Source of the DNA: an uncultured Ohtaekwangia sp.
GTDB lineage: Bacteria; Bacteroidota; Bacteroidia; Cytophagales; Cyclobacteriaceae
DNA: 42,088 nucleotides
NCBI GenBank assembly: GCA_964571345.1
Contig: CAZNCO010000001.1
Coordinates: 1 to 42,088, forward strand
Direction: 5' to 3'
A program made the translations under genes and the position numbers. Below are positions 8,962-19,011 of the stretch, piece by piece (positions within the stretch are counted from its first letter, which is position 1; the number at the start of each line of letters is the position of its first letter). The notes under the pieces are model-generated. The model made no database searches. It was not told the origin of the DNA and saw nothing but the letters and a program-made list of their open reading frames with translations.

Positions 8962-10173
8962 TCAAAAAACCTCTCCAAGATTTACAAAAATACCCTGAGA
9001 GCCTCCGGCACCGAAGCCATAATCAATTGCTACATTGGTACGCGAGTACTTATTGAACTTTAATCGCATTCCAAAACCTGCTGCCGGTTTTATAGTTTGA
9101 AAAGTGTTAGAAGGCCAATCTGTTACACTCTGGGCATTAGCAAATACAACACCTCCGATCAATCCATTGTGTAAAATTTTAAACCTATATTCAGCTTCTA
9201 AGTAAACCAGATTTTTACTTCTGAATCTTCCCTGAATGTAACCTCTGCCAATGTTGCTGTAAGAATCCCAACCAGTTGCAGGCAAATCAAGATATGGAGG
9301 ATTGCCACTCAAGGTCAACCAATTGTAATTCCAGAATGCAAGAACATTTTGGCTTTTAGCCGGAAAGGGAACGTATTTTCGAAAATCAATCAAAAGAGAT
9401 TGCCAGTTGGTATCACTGCCAAGAAAAGTAAGATTAGGTCGGTACATTACGTTAACGTAAGCGCCTCCCCAAGGATTGATGGAGTTTGCCCGGTTATCAA
9501 AAAGTATTGCAAAATTTAACCCTGCCGAAGATGACGTAGTTGCAATGCCATAAGAAGCAAGATCTGTAGTGGCCTTTCCTACCGCCCCCGTTTGGGTAAT
9601 GTTGTAGTGATAATCCAGGCCATAGCCAATTCCTGCATAAAGATTATTGGAAATTGTTTTTAGAATTGTTTGGTTAAGACGAATGTAATTGAATACCTGG
9701 TCAGCATAGTCATTTACATCGCTGTTGCCGCCAAGCCCATAGGTTTTTTGCGGATAAGAGTAGTAGCGCCAATCGTTAATAATATTAAACTTGTTGTGCC
9801 TTGTCCAGATATTGCTTTGAAGATGAAATACAAATTGTTGCTTCTGTGTATAGAGTGCATCGGTATACACATTTGAAATTTTTGCATCCTCGTCTTCACT
9901 TGTATAAAAAGCTCCGTTGGCGACAAGTATGGCGGCCCAGCCACTCGATAGTGAATAGCCTGGTGAAGGAGAACCAGAGAAATATACTCTGCCAGACTTT
10001 TTCCGAATTGTATCCCGCTTCAGAATGGAAGGGTCTTTGAAGACAAGCGCTGCAATGTCAATCAAATCGCGCTCGTGCGCTGCTACTTTGAATTGTTCGG
10101 TAGAATTTTCATTCTGACTAAAACTTGAAAAAGAAATAACCAAAACGAAGAAACAAATACAGGCTGCCTTCAA
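8962..10173 (-). CDS. Omp85/TamA-like outer-membrane beta-barrel without POTRA domains
   Basis: Signal peptide; DNRANSINPWGG; GRGYIQGRFR (the RGY lid motif); AEYRF; GFGMR; C-terminal GEVF. Confidence 0.75.
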   Translation of the reverse strand: MKAACICFFVLVISFSSFSQNENSTEQFKVAAHERDLIDIAALVFKDPSILKRDTIRKKSGRVYFSGSPSPGYSLSSGWAAILVANGAFYTSEDEDAKISNVYTDALYTQKQQFVFHLQSNIWTRHNKFNIINDWRYYSYPQKTYGLGGNSDVNDYADQVFNYIRLNQTILKTISNNLYAGIGYGLDYHYNITQTGAVGKATTDLASYGIATTSSSAGLNFAILFDNRANSINPWGGAYVNVMYRPNLTFLGSDTNWQSLLIDFRKYVPFPAKSQNVLAFWNYNWLTLSGNPPYLDLPATGWDSYSNIGRGYIQGRFRSKNLVYLEAEYRFKILHNGLIGGVVFANAQSVTDWPSNTFQTIKPAAGFGMRLKFNKYSRTNVAIDYGFGAGGSQGIFVNLGEVF

Positions 10174-10360
10174 AATCGGGATGTCTAAATTTGGTTGCTA
10201 AGATAGTTCTCAGCGCGAAAGGTTTAATCAACGGAAAGACATTGAAGAAAGTTCTATCAACATCAGCTCATTATCTCAAAACAATCTTCCGCGGCCGCAG
10301 ATTCTACATTTGATCCTGGTTTAATATCCGCTACCCTCTATTTTTTGACACGATAATTTA

Positions 10361-10393
10361 TTTGAGGAAGAAAACAGAACCTTATTATATTTG
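10361..10393 (+). promoter_or_regulatory. Bacteroidota -33/-7 promoter (TTTG-N21-TATATTTG)
   Basis: Both boxes present at canonical spacing, ending 7 bp before ATG 10401. Confidence 0.6.
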
Positions 10394-10400
10394 CTCACCT

Positions 10401-10790
10401 ATGGCGGCTAAAGATATTTTTCTCATCGAAGACGACAGTATTTATGCGGAATACATACGCAAATCACTGGAGCAAACCGGAGAATATAACGTGTCTCATT
10501 ACCTATCAGCGGAAGCTGCCTTGCAAGCCATGAACGGAAAAACTCCAGAGGCTTTAATTGTTGATTATCGCTTGCCTAAAATGAGTGGCATCGAACTATT
10601 TGAAAGCATCAAGGACAAATTTCCGAAAGACACAAAAATCATTCTTGTGAGCGCCATTGATGATGGCAGCATGGTTTTAAGCTTCATTCAAAAGGGAGTT
10701 CGTGACTATGTTATCAAAGATGAAAATGTGATTGAATCGCTTCAGGCTATTCTTTCTGGCAAAGACGAAGACTACTTCCTTTTCAACTAA
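10401..10790 (+). CDS. Single-domain response regulator (receiver only)
   Basis: IFLIEDD, phospho-Asp in VDYRLPKMSG, VSA and DYVIK motifs; no output domain. Start at ATG 10401 fits the promoter. Confidence 0.9.
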   Translation: MAAKDIFLIEDDSIYAEYIRKSLEQTGEYNVSHYLSAEAALQAMNGKTPEALIVDYRLPKMSGIELFESIKDKFPKDTKIILVSAIDDGSMVLSFIQKGVRDYVIKDENVIESLQAILSGKDEDYFLFN

Positions 10791-10791
10791 T

Positions 10792-11250
10792 TCACATATT
10801 TAGTTTTACCTCCTGTTTTTGCTGTACCGGAACCTTGACAGCAACACCATGCACTACAATTTTCAGATAGCCCGTAAAAACCACTTCATACTTCTTCCCA
10901 CCAAACAAACCAAGCACGGTATCGAGCAATCCAATTTCCTTTAGAGAGATATGTGCCTCCACGGGAACAAAGAAATCTGATTGAGCCGGAATTGGCAATT
11001 TCAATTCCTGGCGCACATGTCCCGATTTTTTTCCGTCCACTAAAATATCAACACTGATTTCTTTCAACTTGGATTTTACTTTATTTGGATTGTAGAAATA
11101 GACATCCGCGTCTAGTTGAGGACCGTCTTTATCTCCCGCATTAATTCGAATATTCTTAACACCTTTAAAAACAACAGGATCTTTTGGTGTACAGCTAAAA
11201 ACCAAAGCGGCCAACAAAAAGGTGAGAGTTAGTGACAAGGATGATTTCAT
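10792..11250 (-). CDS. LEA_2 / WHy-domain lipoprotein
   Basis: ATG 11250 gives MKSSLSLTLTFLLAALVFSC (lipobox); YNPN motif and beta-rich body. The longer ORF-track start overlaps the oxygenase gene. Confidence 0.8.
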   Translation of the reverse strand: MKSSLSLTLTFLLAALVFSCTPKDPVVFKGVKNIRINAGDKDGPQLDADVYFYNPNKVKSKLKEISVDILVDGKKSGHVRQELKLPIPAQSDFFVPVEAHISLKEIGLLDTVLGLFGGKKYEVVFTGYLKIVVHGVAVKVPVQQKQEVKLNM

Positions 11251-11314
11251 GAATTGAAAAAAATAAATTTTAACGTACGCCTCAAAGTTAAGGCTTGCTG
11301 TTAATTTTACATTC

Positions 11315-11938
11315 ATGGAGCAACTAGCAAGCCAACTTAATTTAATTGCCGATGGATTGGCTTCAGACGGATATGCCGTGATTGATGAGTTCTTAACGAA
11401 GACTGAAGTTGCTTCCATCCTGCAGCTTGACGATTTCAAAAACGCCTTGTTACAATTTAAGAAAGCTGGCATCGGCAAAAGTGATGAACGGCAAATCAAT
11501 GAAAGTATTCGCGGAGATTTTATTCAGTGGATCGATCCTGTGAAAGCTTCACCTCCCATTCAAGCTTATATTCGAAAGATCAACGCGCTCATTTCATTTG
11601 TAAACCAAACTTTGTTTTTGAGTTTGAAGGATTTTGAAATACATATGACCGTTTACCCTATCGGAAGCTTTTATAAAAGGCATCTTGATCAGTTTAAAAA
11701 AGATGACCATCGCAGACTTTCTGTAATTTGTTATCTCAATGAAGGCTGGACGGAAGCACAACGCGGGCAATTAAGAATTTATTTTGAGACTGGATTTAAA
11801 GATGTTCTACCCTTAGGTGGTCGATTGGTTTGCTTTCGAAGTGATTTATTAGAGCATGAGGTGTTGCCTGCTACCCGAGAAAGATTAAGTATTACCGGCT
11901 GGTTGTTAGATCAGGTGAATGACCTGCGACATTTATAA
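11315..11938 (+). CDS. 2OG-Fe(II) oxygenase of the prolyl-4-hydroxylase (EGLN/PHD, SM-20-like) type
   Basis: IRGDFIQW, YKRHLD (HxD), RRLSVICYLN, HEVLP (distal His) and RLSITGW (2OG-binding Arg). Confidence 0.88.
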   Translation: MEQLASQLNLIADGLASDGYAVIDEFLTKTEVASILQLDDFKNALLQFKKAGIGKSDERQINESIRGDFIQWIDPVKASPPIQAYIRKINALISFVNQTLFLSLKDFEIHMTVYPIGSFYKRHLDQFKKDDHRRLSVICYLNEGWTEAQRGQLRIYFETGFKDVLPLGGRLVCFRSDLLEHEVLPATRERLSITGWLLDQVNDLRHL

Positions 11939-11996
11939 TCTAATTTTCAGGTAATCATTTTCATTAATATTAATTTTGTTCCAAATCATAAGCATC

Positions 11997-13391
11997 ATGA
12001 ACTACCGCATCGAAAAAGACACCATGGGCGAGGTACAAGTACCAGCCGACAAATATTGGGGCGCACAGACAGAGCGCTCACGCAACAATTTTAAGATCGG
12101 CCCCGAGGCCAGCATGCCGAAAGAAATTATCTACGCATTTGGCTACCTGAAGAAAGCTGCAGCGATGGCTAATCATGAGCTTGGCGTGTTGACCGCTGAT
12201 AAAAAAGATATGATCTCAAAAGTTTGTGATGAAATTGTGGCTGGAAAATTAGACGATCAATTTCCATTGGTAATTTGGCAAACGGGCTCGGGCACGCAAA
12301 GCAATATGAATGCGAATGAAGTAATCGCTTACCGGGCGCATGTGTTGAGTGGTGGCAAACTTGATGATGAGAAAAAAGTCTTGCATCCAAATGACGATGT
12401 AAATAAGTCGCAGTCAAGCAACGACACCTTCCCTACTGCTATGCATATCGCAGCCTACAAGCAAGTGGTTGAAATCACCTTGCCGGGGATGCAGAAACTT
12501 CGCGATACGCTCGCGAAAAAATCAAAAGACTTTATGTCTATTGTAAAAACCGGCCGTACCCACTTTATGGATGCAACTCCACTCACGGTCGGTCAGGAAT
12601 TTTCAGGATATGTGCAGCAGATTGATAACAGCATGCGTGCAATCAAAAATGCATTGGAAGCGGTGCGCGAGTTAGCACTTGGAGGAACTGCAGTTGGCAC
12701 AGGATTGAATACTCCCAAAGGATATGATGTATTGGTTGCGAAAAAAATTGCTGAACTCACGGGCTTCCCATTTGTAACCGCACCAAATAAGTTTGAAGCA
12801 TTAGCTGCTCACGATGCCATGGTAGAATTGTCGGGCGCCTTGAAGCGAGCAGCCGTTGCTTTCATGAAAATTGCGAATGACATTCGGATGTTGAGTTCTG
12901 GCCCTCGCAGCGGCATTGGTGAAATCATTATTCCAGATAACGAACCGGGATCGTCCATTATGCCCGGCAAAGTAAATCCAACGCAGCCAGAAGCGTTAAC
13001 AATGGTATGCGCCCAGGTGATCGGCAATGACGTAGCTGTTTCGGTTGGAGGATCGATGGGGCACTTTGAATTAAATGTGTTCAAGCCTGTAATCGCTGCC
13101 AATGTATTGCAAAGTGCACGACTGCTTGGTGATGCTTGTGTCTCTTTTAATGAAAAATGCGCGGTTGGTATCGAGCCAAATCTTCCGATTATCAAGCAGC
13201 ACATGGAAAATTCATTGATGCTTGTTACGTCTCTCAATACGCATATCGGTTATGAGAACGCAGCTAAGATTGCCAAGAAAGCGCACAAAGAAAACAAGAC
13301 TTTACGTGAAGCAGCTATTGAACTTGGGCTCGTTACTTCCGAACAGTTCGATCAGTGGGTGCGCCCCGAGAAAATGGTTGGCAGTCTGTAA
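11997..13391 (+). CDS. fumC: Class II fumarate hydratase
   Basis: [26 protein letters not shown] and [13 protein letters not shown] signature. Own TAATTTTG box at 11971-11978. Confidence 0.97.
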   Translation: MNYRIEKDTMGEVQVPADKYWGAQTERSRNNFKIGPEASMPKEIIYAFGYLKKAAAMANHELGVLTADKKDMISKVCDEIVAGKLDDQFPLVIWQTGSGTQSNMNANEVIAYRAHVLSGGKLDDEKKVLHPNDDVNKSQSSNDTFPTAMHIAAYKQVVEITLPGMQKLRDTLAKKSKDFMSIVKTGRTHFMDATPLTVGQEFSGYVQQIDNSMRAIKNALEAVRELALGGTAVGTGLNTPKGYDVLVAKKIAELTGFPFVTAPNKFEALAAHDAMVELSGALKRAAVAFMKIANDIRMLSSGPRSGIGEIIIPDNEPGSSIMPGKVNPTQPEALTMVCAQVIGNDVAVSVGGSMGHFELNVFKPVIAANVLQSARLLGDACVSFNEKCAVGIEPNLPIIKQHMENSLMLVTSLNTHIGYENAAKIAKKAHKENKTLREAAIELGLVTSEQFDQWVRPEKMVGSL

Positions 13392-13442
13392 CGGTAAACA
13401 AATCGATTTTTTTTCTAACTTTAACTCCAAATTAACCAACAC

Positions 13443-14075
13443 ATGAAAACTAAAGCACTATTTCTTTGCCTGGCTTTAATTTTTTCCGGCATGCAAGTTT
13501 TCGCCCAACTCTCCAAAAAGGAGAAGAAGGAATGGAAAAAGAAAGCCAAGGAATTCGCTAAAAATCCAGGTTCATTAAAAGAGCTTGTTGAAACAAAACA
13601 GGTTGTAGAGACTGATAACTCTGCGCTCAAAGGTCAGGTTAGCACACTCAATTCGCAAGTCAGCGATAAGAATGCTAAGATTGCCGAGCTGGAAGACCAG
13701 ATTTCAAAAATGCGCAGTGAATTAACTTCCACTAAAGCAGAACTCGCACAGTTGAAAGAAACTCCTCCGGCTCCAAGCCCGATGGATTTTTCAAAGGGTG
13801 TGGTATTCAAAGTTCAGATCGGGGCTTTCAAAAATAAAGACCTCTCCAAATACTTTGACAACAATCCAAATTTTGGTGGCGAGGCAACTGAAAAGGGTGA
13901 GCAGCACTTCACTATTGGTGTCTTTCGCGATTATTGGGAAGCGGATAAATTCAAGAAGTATATGCGTGAAATGGGTGTGAAAGATGCTTGGATTGTTCCT
14001 TTCAAAGATGGCCAGCGGGTAGAAATAAAAGATGTTTTGGAAGGAGTAGTTTCTGAAAAACCTACCACTAAGTAA
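13443..14075 (+). CDS. Secreted coiled-coil protein with C-terminal SPOR-like domain
   Basis: Signal peptide ending VFAQ; heptad coiled coil; PPAPSP linker; FKVQIGAF...IGVF...MGVKDAWIV. Confidence 0.7.
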   Translation: MKTKALFLCLALIFSGMQVFAQLSKKEKKEWKKKAKEFAKNPGSLKELVETKQVVETDNSALKGQVSTLNSQVSDKNAKIAELEDQISKMRSELTSTKAELAQLKETPPAPSPMDFSKGVVFKVQIGAFKNKDLSKYFDNNPNFGGEATEKGEQHFTIGVFRDYWEADKFKKYMREMGVKDAWIVPFKDGQRVEIKDVLEGVVSEKPTTK

Positions 14076-14095
14076 GCTTTTAAAATCAGTATTCG

Positions 14096-14128
14096 AAAGG
14101 CAGCCGAATAAGCTGCCTTTTGTTTTTT
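14096..14128 (+). terminator. Rho-independent terminator
   Basis: Perfect 9-bp stem AAAGGCAGC-cgaataa-GCTGCCTTT followed by TGTTTTTT. Confidence 0.85.
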
Positions 14129-14171
14129 ATATAGTTGTTGCAAGCCAAGCCTAAGTGATTATTTTTGGAAT

Positions 14172-14957
14172 GTGAAAAAATACTTTTTGTCCATTTTACT
14201 TTTGATCTTGTTCACCAAAGGGTGGACACAAATAAGGCTCACCACCTTAGTTCTAAAACCCAAGGAGGTTTTTGAATTTACAAAAACTGACATTGTTGTT
14301 GTGGATACGCTCATCATGCGCGACTCATCAAAAATTATTTTGAATAAGTCAAAAGCGGAAAACTTCCTTCACGCAAAACAAGCATTCATCGGCAAGGGGT
14401 GCGTCATAGAAGGCGAAGGCTTACCCGGAAAGACCGGACAAGCAGGTAAGAATGGACTTACGCAAAGCGCGCCCTGCAGTAATGGAGGCACTGGTACCCA
14501 TGGATTGAACGGAGAAGTAGGCAACCCTGGCCTCACTTTGTCTATGTATATGACAAACTTGAGTCTGGAAGGCTCACTTATTATTAATTTGAATGGTGGT
14601 GATGGTGGCGATGGTGGAAAAGGTGGAAATGGCGGTGGCGGAGGATCAGGGACACGAGTGTGTGGTGCCGGTCATGGGGGTCATGGAGGAAACGGGGGCA
14701 ATGGCGGGCTTGGGGGTCAAGGAGGAACCGTAAACATTCATTGTAAAGAATGTTTTGATCTCAATATCTGGATGGGCGAAAAAATCTTGATTCGAAACTA
14801 TGGAGGATTTGGCGGGCTTGCTGGCAACGGAGGATTTGGTGGGCAGGCCGGACTAGGCCCATCCCCTCATCACGATGGTAATAAAGGGTCTCCTGGAAAA
14901 CATGGTACTCAAGGCAAGCAAGGAAAAAGAGGGTACATCTACACATTTAAAGAATGA
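14172..14957 (+). CDS. Secreted glycine-rich (Gly-X-Y / GGX repeat) protein
   Basis: GTG start just after a TATTTTTG box (14160-14167); signal peptide; three Gly-periodic tracts. Stop overlaps the recJ ATG. Confidence 0.75.
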   Translation: MKKYFLSILLLILFTKGWTQIRLTTLVLKPKEVFEFTKTDIVVVDTLIMRDSSKIILNKSKAENFLHAKQAFIGKGCVIEGEGLPGKTGQAGKNGLTQSAPCSNGGTGTHGLNGEVGNPGLTLSMYMTNLSLEGSLIINLNGGDGGDGGKGGNGGGGGSGTRVCGAGHGGHGGNGGNGGLGGQGGTVNIHCKECFDLNIWMGEKILIRNYGGFGGLAGNGGFGGQAGLGPSPHHDGNKGSPGKHGTQGKQGKRGYIYTFKE

Positions 14958-16657
14958 CGAAGAGAAGATGGATATATAATACATTGCCCGAAACGGAAGA
15001 ACTAGAAGCACTGAGCAAAAGCCTTAATGTTAATCCTTACCTGGCAACAATACTTTTGCAGCGGGGTAAAAATTCTTTTGAAGAAGCAAAAAAGTTCTTT
15101 CGCCCCTCTTTGATTCATCTCCATGATCCATTTTTGATCAAGGACATGGACAAGGCCGTTGCACGATTACAAAAAGCAATTGATGCTAACGAAAAAATTC
15201 TTGTATATGGCGATTACGATGTAGACGGCACTACTGCCGTGGCGTTAGTGTTCAGTTACCTCAAAACTTTTTATACGCATTGCGACTTCTATATTCCCGA
15301 TCGGTACACAGAAGGCTATGGAGTATCTGAATCAGGAGTAATCTGGGCAGAGCAAAATAATTTTACATTGATCATCGCACTGGATCTTGGCATCAAAGCT
15401 TCTGATATGGTGCATCTGGCAAGTCATAAGGGCATTGATTTCATTATCTGCGATCATCACTTGCCCGGCAAAGATGTACCTAATGCTGTAGCCGTGCTTG
15501 ATCCTAAAAGGGAAGACTGTGGCTACCCCTATAAAGAGCTGAGTGGCTGTGGTCTGGGATTTAAATTGCTCCAGGCCTTTGCGCGTACGCAAGGCCACGA
15601 AGAAAAAGTTTATGAATATCTTGATTTGGTTGCTGTAAGCAATGCCGCAGACATCGTACCGATCAACGGAGAAAACAGAACTCTTACTTACTTCGGTTTA
15701 CAAAAACTAAATCAAAATCCTCGTCCGGGGTTGAAGGCATTGAAAGACATTGCTGGCACGAAAGGAGATCTTGATGTTTCGGGAATTGTGTTTACGCTCG
15801 GTCCACGAATCAATGCTGCCGGAAGGGTGGCCCATGCCCGCGGAGCTGTGGAGTTATTGATTGCCCAGACCGAAGAAGAAGCCAATGCGCTTGCCGAAAA
15901 AGTTAATTTAAAAAATGACTTGCGTAGAGAATTTGATTTATCAATCACTGAAGAAGCTATCTCCATGATTGAGCAAGATGAAACGCTTCGCAATGCAAAA
16001 TCAACCGTGTTGTTTAAAGAAACATGGCACAAGGGCGTAATCGGAATTGTTGCTTCCAGGTGCATTGAAAAATTTTACAGACCAACAATCATCTTAACAG
16101 AATCGAACAACAAAGCAACAGGAAGTGCACGAAGTGTAAGAGGCTTTGATCTCTACGAAGCCATTAGTTCATGTGCCGACTTACTGGATAAATTTGGGGG
16201 TCATAAATATGCAGCCGGCCTTACGCTGGAACTGCAGAATCTGGATGCATTTAAAAGTCGGTTCGAAGACATAGTGTCTGCCACCATTACCGAAGAAATG
16301 AAAGTTCCTGTTGTTGAAATCGATTTGGAAGTTCCCCTTAAGGCTATTACCGGAAAATTCTTTTCAATTTTAAAACAAATGGCACCTTTTGGTCCGGAAA
16401 ATCAAAAGCCAGTATTTGAGGCAAGGAATTTGTTTGTGGTAAATTCTCTTTCGAATTTTAAAGAGAGACATATTCGCTTTTTAGCCGGACAAGACGGAAC
16501 GGATAATATTTTTCAGGTAGTAGGTTTTGACCTGGCCGAACATTACGACCGGCTGGCAAAAGGTGATAGTTTTAGAATGGCCTATACAATAGAAGAGAAC
16601 ACATACAATGGAATTACTTCCATTCAACTGAGAGCAAAGGATATCAAATTTGATTAA
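14954..16657 (+). CDS. recJ: ssDNA-specific exonuclease RecJ
   Basis: [33 protein letters not shown] and PFGPEN motifs. Confidence 0.97.
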   Translation: MTKRRWIYNTLPETEELEALSKSLNVNPYLATILLQRGKNSFEEAKKFFRPSLIHLHDPFLIKDMDKAVARLQKAIDANEKILVYGDYDVDGTTAVALVFSYLKTFYTHCDFYIPDRYTEGYGVSESGVIWAEQNNFTLIIALDLGIKASDMVHLASHKGIDFIICDHHLPGKDVPNAVAVLDPKREDCGYPYKELSGCGLGFKLLQAFARTQGHEEKVYEYLDLVAVSNAADIVPINGENRTLTYFGLQKLNQNPRPGLKALKDIAGTKGDLDVSGIVFTLGPRINAAGRVAHARGAVELLIAQTEEEANALAEKVNLKNDLRREFDLSITEEAISMIEQDETLRNAKSTVLFKETWHKGVIGIVASRCIEKFYRPTIILTESNNKATGSARSVRGFDLYEAISSCADLLDKFGGHKYAAGLTLELQNLDAFKSRFEDIVSATITEEMKVPVVEIDLEVPLKAITGKFFSILKQMAPFGPENQKPVFEARNLFVVNSLSNFKERHIRFLAGQDGTDNIFQVVGFDLAEHYDRLAKGDSFRMAYTIEENTYNGITSIQLRAKDIKFD

Positions 16658-16659
16658 TC

Positions 16660-17406
16660 ATGGTTTTAAGAGCGGAACATCTGTTGAAAAAATATAAAAA
16701 GCGCACGGTAGTGAATCAGGTTTCAGTGCGTGTGGAACAAGGCGAGATTGTTGGATTGCTCGGGCCCAACGGTGCCGGCAAAACCACCAGTTTCTATATG
16801 ATTGTTGGATTGATTAAACCAAACGAGGGGAAAATCTATTTGAATGATGAGGATATCACTACTTTGCCAATGTATCAGCGTGCTAAGCGCGGCATCGGAT
16901 ATCTCGCTCAGGAAGCATCTGTATTCCGGAAGCTGACGGTAGAAGAAAATATTCTGGCTCCACTGGAAATGCGAAACATGAATAAAAAAGATCGCAAGGA
17001 GAAAGTGGAATCGTTATTGGAGGAGTTCAGTCTCACGCACGTGCGAAAAAATTTGGGAATGGTGCTTTCGGGAGGAGAAAGACGAAGGACTGAAATTGCA
17101 CGCGCCCTTGCTGTAGATCCAAAATTTGTTTTGCTTGACGAACCATTCGCGGGAGTTGACCCGATCGCGGTTGAAGAAATACAGGGTATCGTTTCTAAAT
17201 TGAAAAAGAAAAACATCGGAATAATCATTAGCGATCACAACGTAGACGAAACACTTGCTATTACCGACCGCGCTTACCTGATGGTGGAAGGAAAACTGTT
17301 TAAAGCCGGTACTGCACAGGAGCTAGCAGATGACCCGCTGGTGCGCAAAGTTTACCTCGGCCAGAATTTCCAACTACGAAGAGCAAAAGTTGAAAATCAG
17401 GAGTGA
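16660..17406 (+). CDS. lptB: LPS export ABC transporter ATP-binding protein
   Basis: [38 protein letters not shown] and YLG motifs. Confidence 0.95.
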   Translation: MVLRAEHLLKKYKKRTVVNQVSVRVEQGEIVGLLGPNGAGKTTSFYMIVGLIKPNEGKIYLNDEDITTLPMYQRAKRGIGYLAQEASVFRKLTVEENILAPLEMRNMNKKDRKEKVESLLEEFSLTHVRKNLGMVLSGGERRRTEIARALAVDPKFVLLDEPFAGVDPIAVEEIQGIVSKLKKKNIGIIISDHNVDETLAITDRAYLMVEGKLFKAGTAQELADDPLVRKVYLGQNFQLRRAKVENQE

Positions 17407-17439
17407 GGTAATTTTTTCTTCGAAATCGTAAAAATTGGA

Positions 17440-17472
17440 TTTGGTTAATTGCTCAATAGCCCGCTACTTTTG
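17440..17472 (+). promoter_or_regulatory. -33/-7 promoter (TTTG-N21-TACTTTTG) for the GH3 gene
   Basis: Canonical boxes and spacing, 10 bp before ATG 17483. Confidence 0.55.
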
Positions 17473-17482
17473 AGATTAACTC

Positions 17483-19000
17483 ATGCAAATCCTAAACTCT
17501 ATTCTCACCTGGGTGATGAAAAAGCGGATCCACCAGATCGAGCTTTTCATGAAATACCCTCACGATGTGCAGGAAGAAGTTTTCCGCAAACTCATCGGCA
17601 CCGCACAGTACACAGAGTTTGGCACACGCTATTCATTTAGTGACATAGTGAATTATGAAGACTTCGCGCGCCAAGTGCCAGTTCATTCTTATGAACAGCT
17701 GTTTCCCTATATCGACCGGCTCATGCACGGTGAACAAAATATTCTTTGGCCAGGAGAAGTAAAGTGGTTTGCAAAATCCTCAGGAACCACCAACGCTCGC
17801 AGCAAGTTTATTCCTGTTACGCAAGAAGCTCTTGACGATTGTCATTTCAAAGGAGGAAAGGATCTTCTTTCCATTTACGTAAATAATTATCCTGATACGC
17901 ACATGTTTTCAGGCAAGGGCCTTGCGGTTGGCGGAAGCTTTCAGGCCAATGAATTTGACCCAACTCACTCTTCAAGCTACGGAGATGTATCTGCGGTGAT
18001 CATGCAAAATCTTCCACCTTGGGCGCAATTTATCCGCACACCAAGTTTGGAAGTGGCGTTGATGAATAACTGGGAAGAGAAAATTGAAAAGATGGCACGC
18101 GAAACAGTGGCTGAAAATGTGACTCACATCGCTGGCGTGCCTACCTGGACGGTGCTTTTGCTTCAATACATCCTGGAGAAACAAAAAAAGAATTCTATTC
18201 TGGAAGTGTGGCCAGAGATCGAAGTGTTTTTTCATGGAGCTGTTTCCTTCAAGCCTTACAAGAGTCTTTTTAAAACTCTTATTCCTTCAGATCAGATGCG
18301 CTATTGGGAAACCTATAATGCAAGCGAAGGATTTTTTGGGATACAGGATTCGAAAGACTCAGAGGACCTTTTGTTGATGCTTGACTATGGCGTTTTCTAT
18401 GAATTTATTCCTCCAGAAGAATGGCATAAAGAATATCCGAAATCCATTGGCTTAGGCGATGTAGAGATCGGTAAGAACTATGCGATGGTGATCAGTACCA
18501 ATGCCGGTTTATGGCGCTACAACATTGGCGACACGGTGAAGTTCACGAGCATTTCTCCCTATCGAATAAAAATTACAGGGCGCACGCGTCACTTCATGAA
18601 TGCGTTTGGTGAGGAAGTAATTATTGAAAATGCAGAAGCCGCAATAACCTATGCATGTGAGCAAACCGGAGCCGTGATTGATAACTTCACAGCTGCACCC
18701 ATCTTTCTGGAAAAATCAAAACGCGGTGGTCATGAGTGGATCATCGAATTCAAAAAGCTTCCAAACAACTTAGATCAATTCACTGACTTGCTCGATAAAA
18801 ATTTACGCAAGATTAATAGTGACTATGATGCCAAACGTGCCAACAACCTTGCTCTGGTAGCTCCAAAAATACATAGCGTGCAAGAAGGAACATTTTATAA
18901 TTGGATGAAAAAGCGTGGCAAACTCGGTGGTCAAAACAAGGTACCACGCCTCTGCAATTCGCGAGAATATGTGGAAGATATTCTCGCGATGATTTCTTAG
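17483..19000 (+). CDS. GH3-family acyl-acid amido synthetase-like protein
   Basis: Adenylation motifs SSGTT, YNASEG and YNIGD; C-terminal GGQNKVPRL. Confidence 0.9.
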   Translation: MQILNSILTWVMKKRIHQIELFMKYPHDVQEEVFRKLIGTAQYTEFGTRYSFSDIVNYEDFARQVPVHSYEQLFPYIDRLMHGEQNILWPGEVKWFAKSSGTTNARSKFIPVTQEALDDCHFKGGKDLLSIYVNNYPDTHMFSGKGLAVGGSFQANEFDPTHSSSYGDVSAVIMQNLPPWAQFIRTPSLEVALMNNWEEKIEKMARETVAENVTHIAGVPTWTVLLLQYILEKQKKNSILEVWPEIEVFFHGAVSFKPYKSLFKTLIPSDQMRYWETYNASEGFFGIQDSKDSEDLLLMLDYGVFYEFIPPEEWHKEYPKSIGLGDVEIGKNYAMVISTNAGLWRYNIGDTVKFTSISPYRIKITGRTRHFMNAFGEEVIIENAEAAITYACEQTGAVIDNFTAAPIFLEKSKRGGHEWIIEFKKLPNNLDQFTDLLDKNLRKINSDYDAKRANNLALVAPKIHSVQEGTFYNWMKKRGKLGGQNKVPRLCNSREYVEDILAMIS

Positions 19001-19011
19001 ATCAGCTTCAT

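Noticed and set aside
10174-10360. Intergenic stretch with GCGGCCGC as a possible ncRNA or riboswitch
   Set aside because: No recognisable riboswitch consensus or convincing stem; cannot be supported without an Rfam search.
11251-11499. 83-aa extension of the LEA_2 ORF overlapping the oxygenase
   Set aside because: The lipoprotein signal begins at ATG 11250; the extension is antisense read-through.
14590-14730. GGT/GGC/GGA-rich DNA as a tandem repeat or CRISPR-like array
   Set aside because: Explained by glycine codons; synonymous positions vary and there is no repeat-spacer structure.
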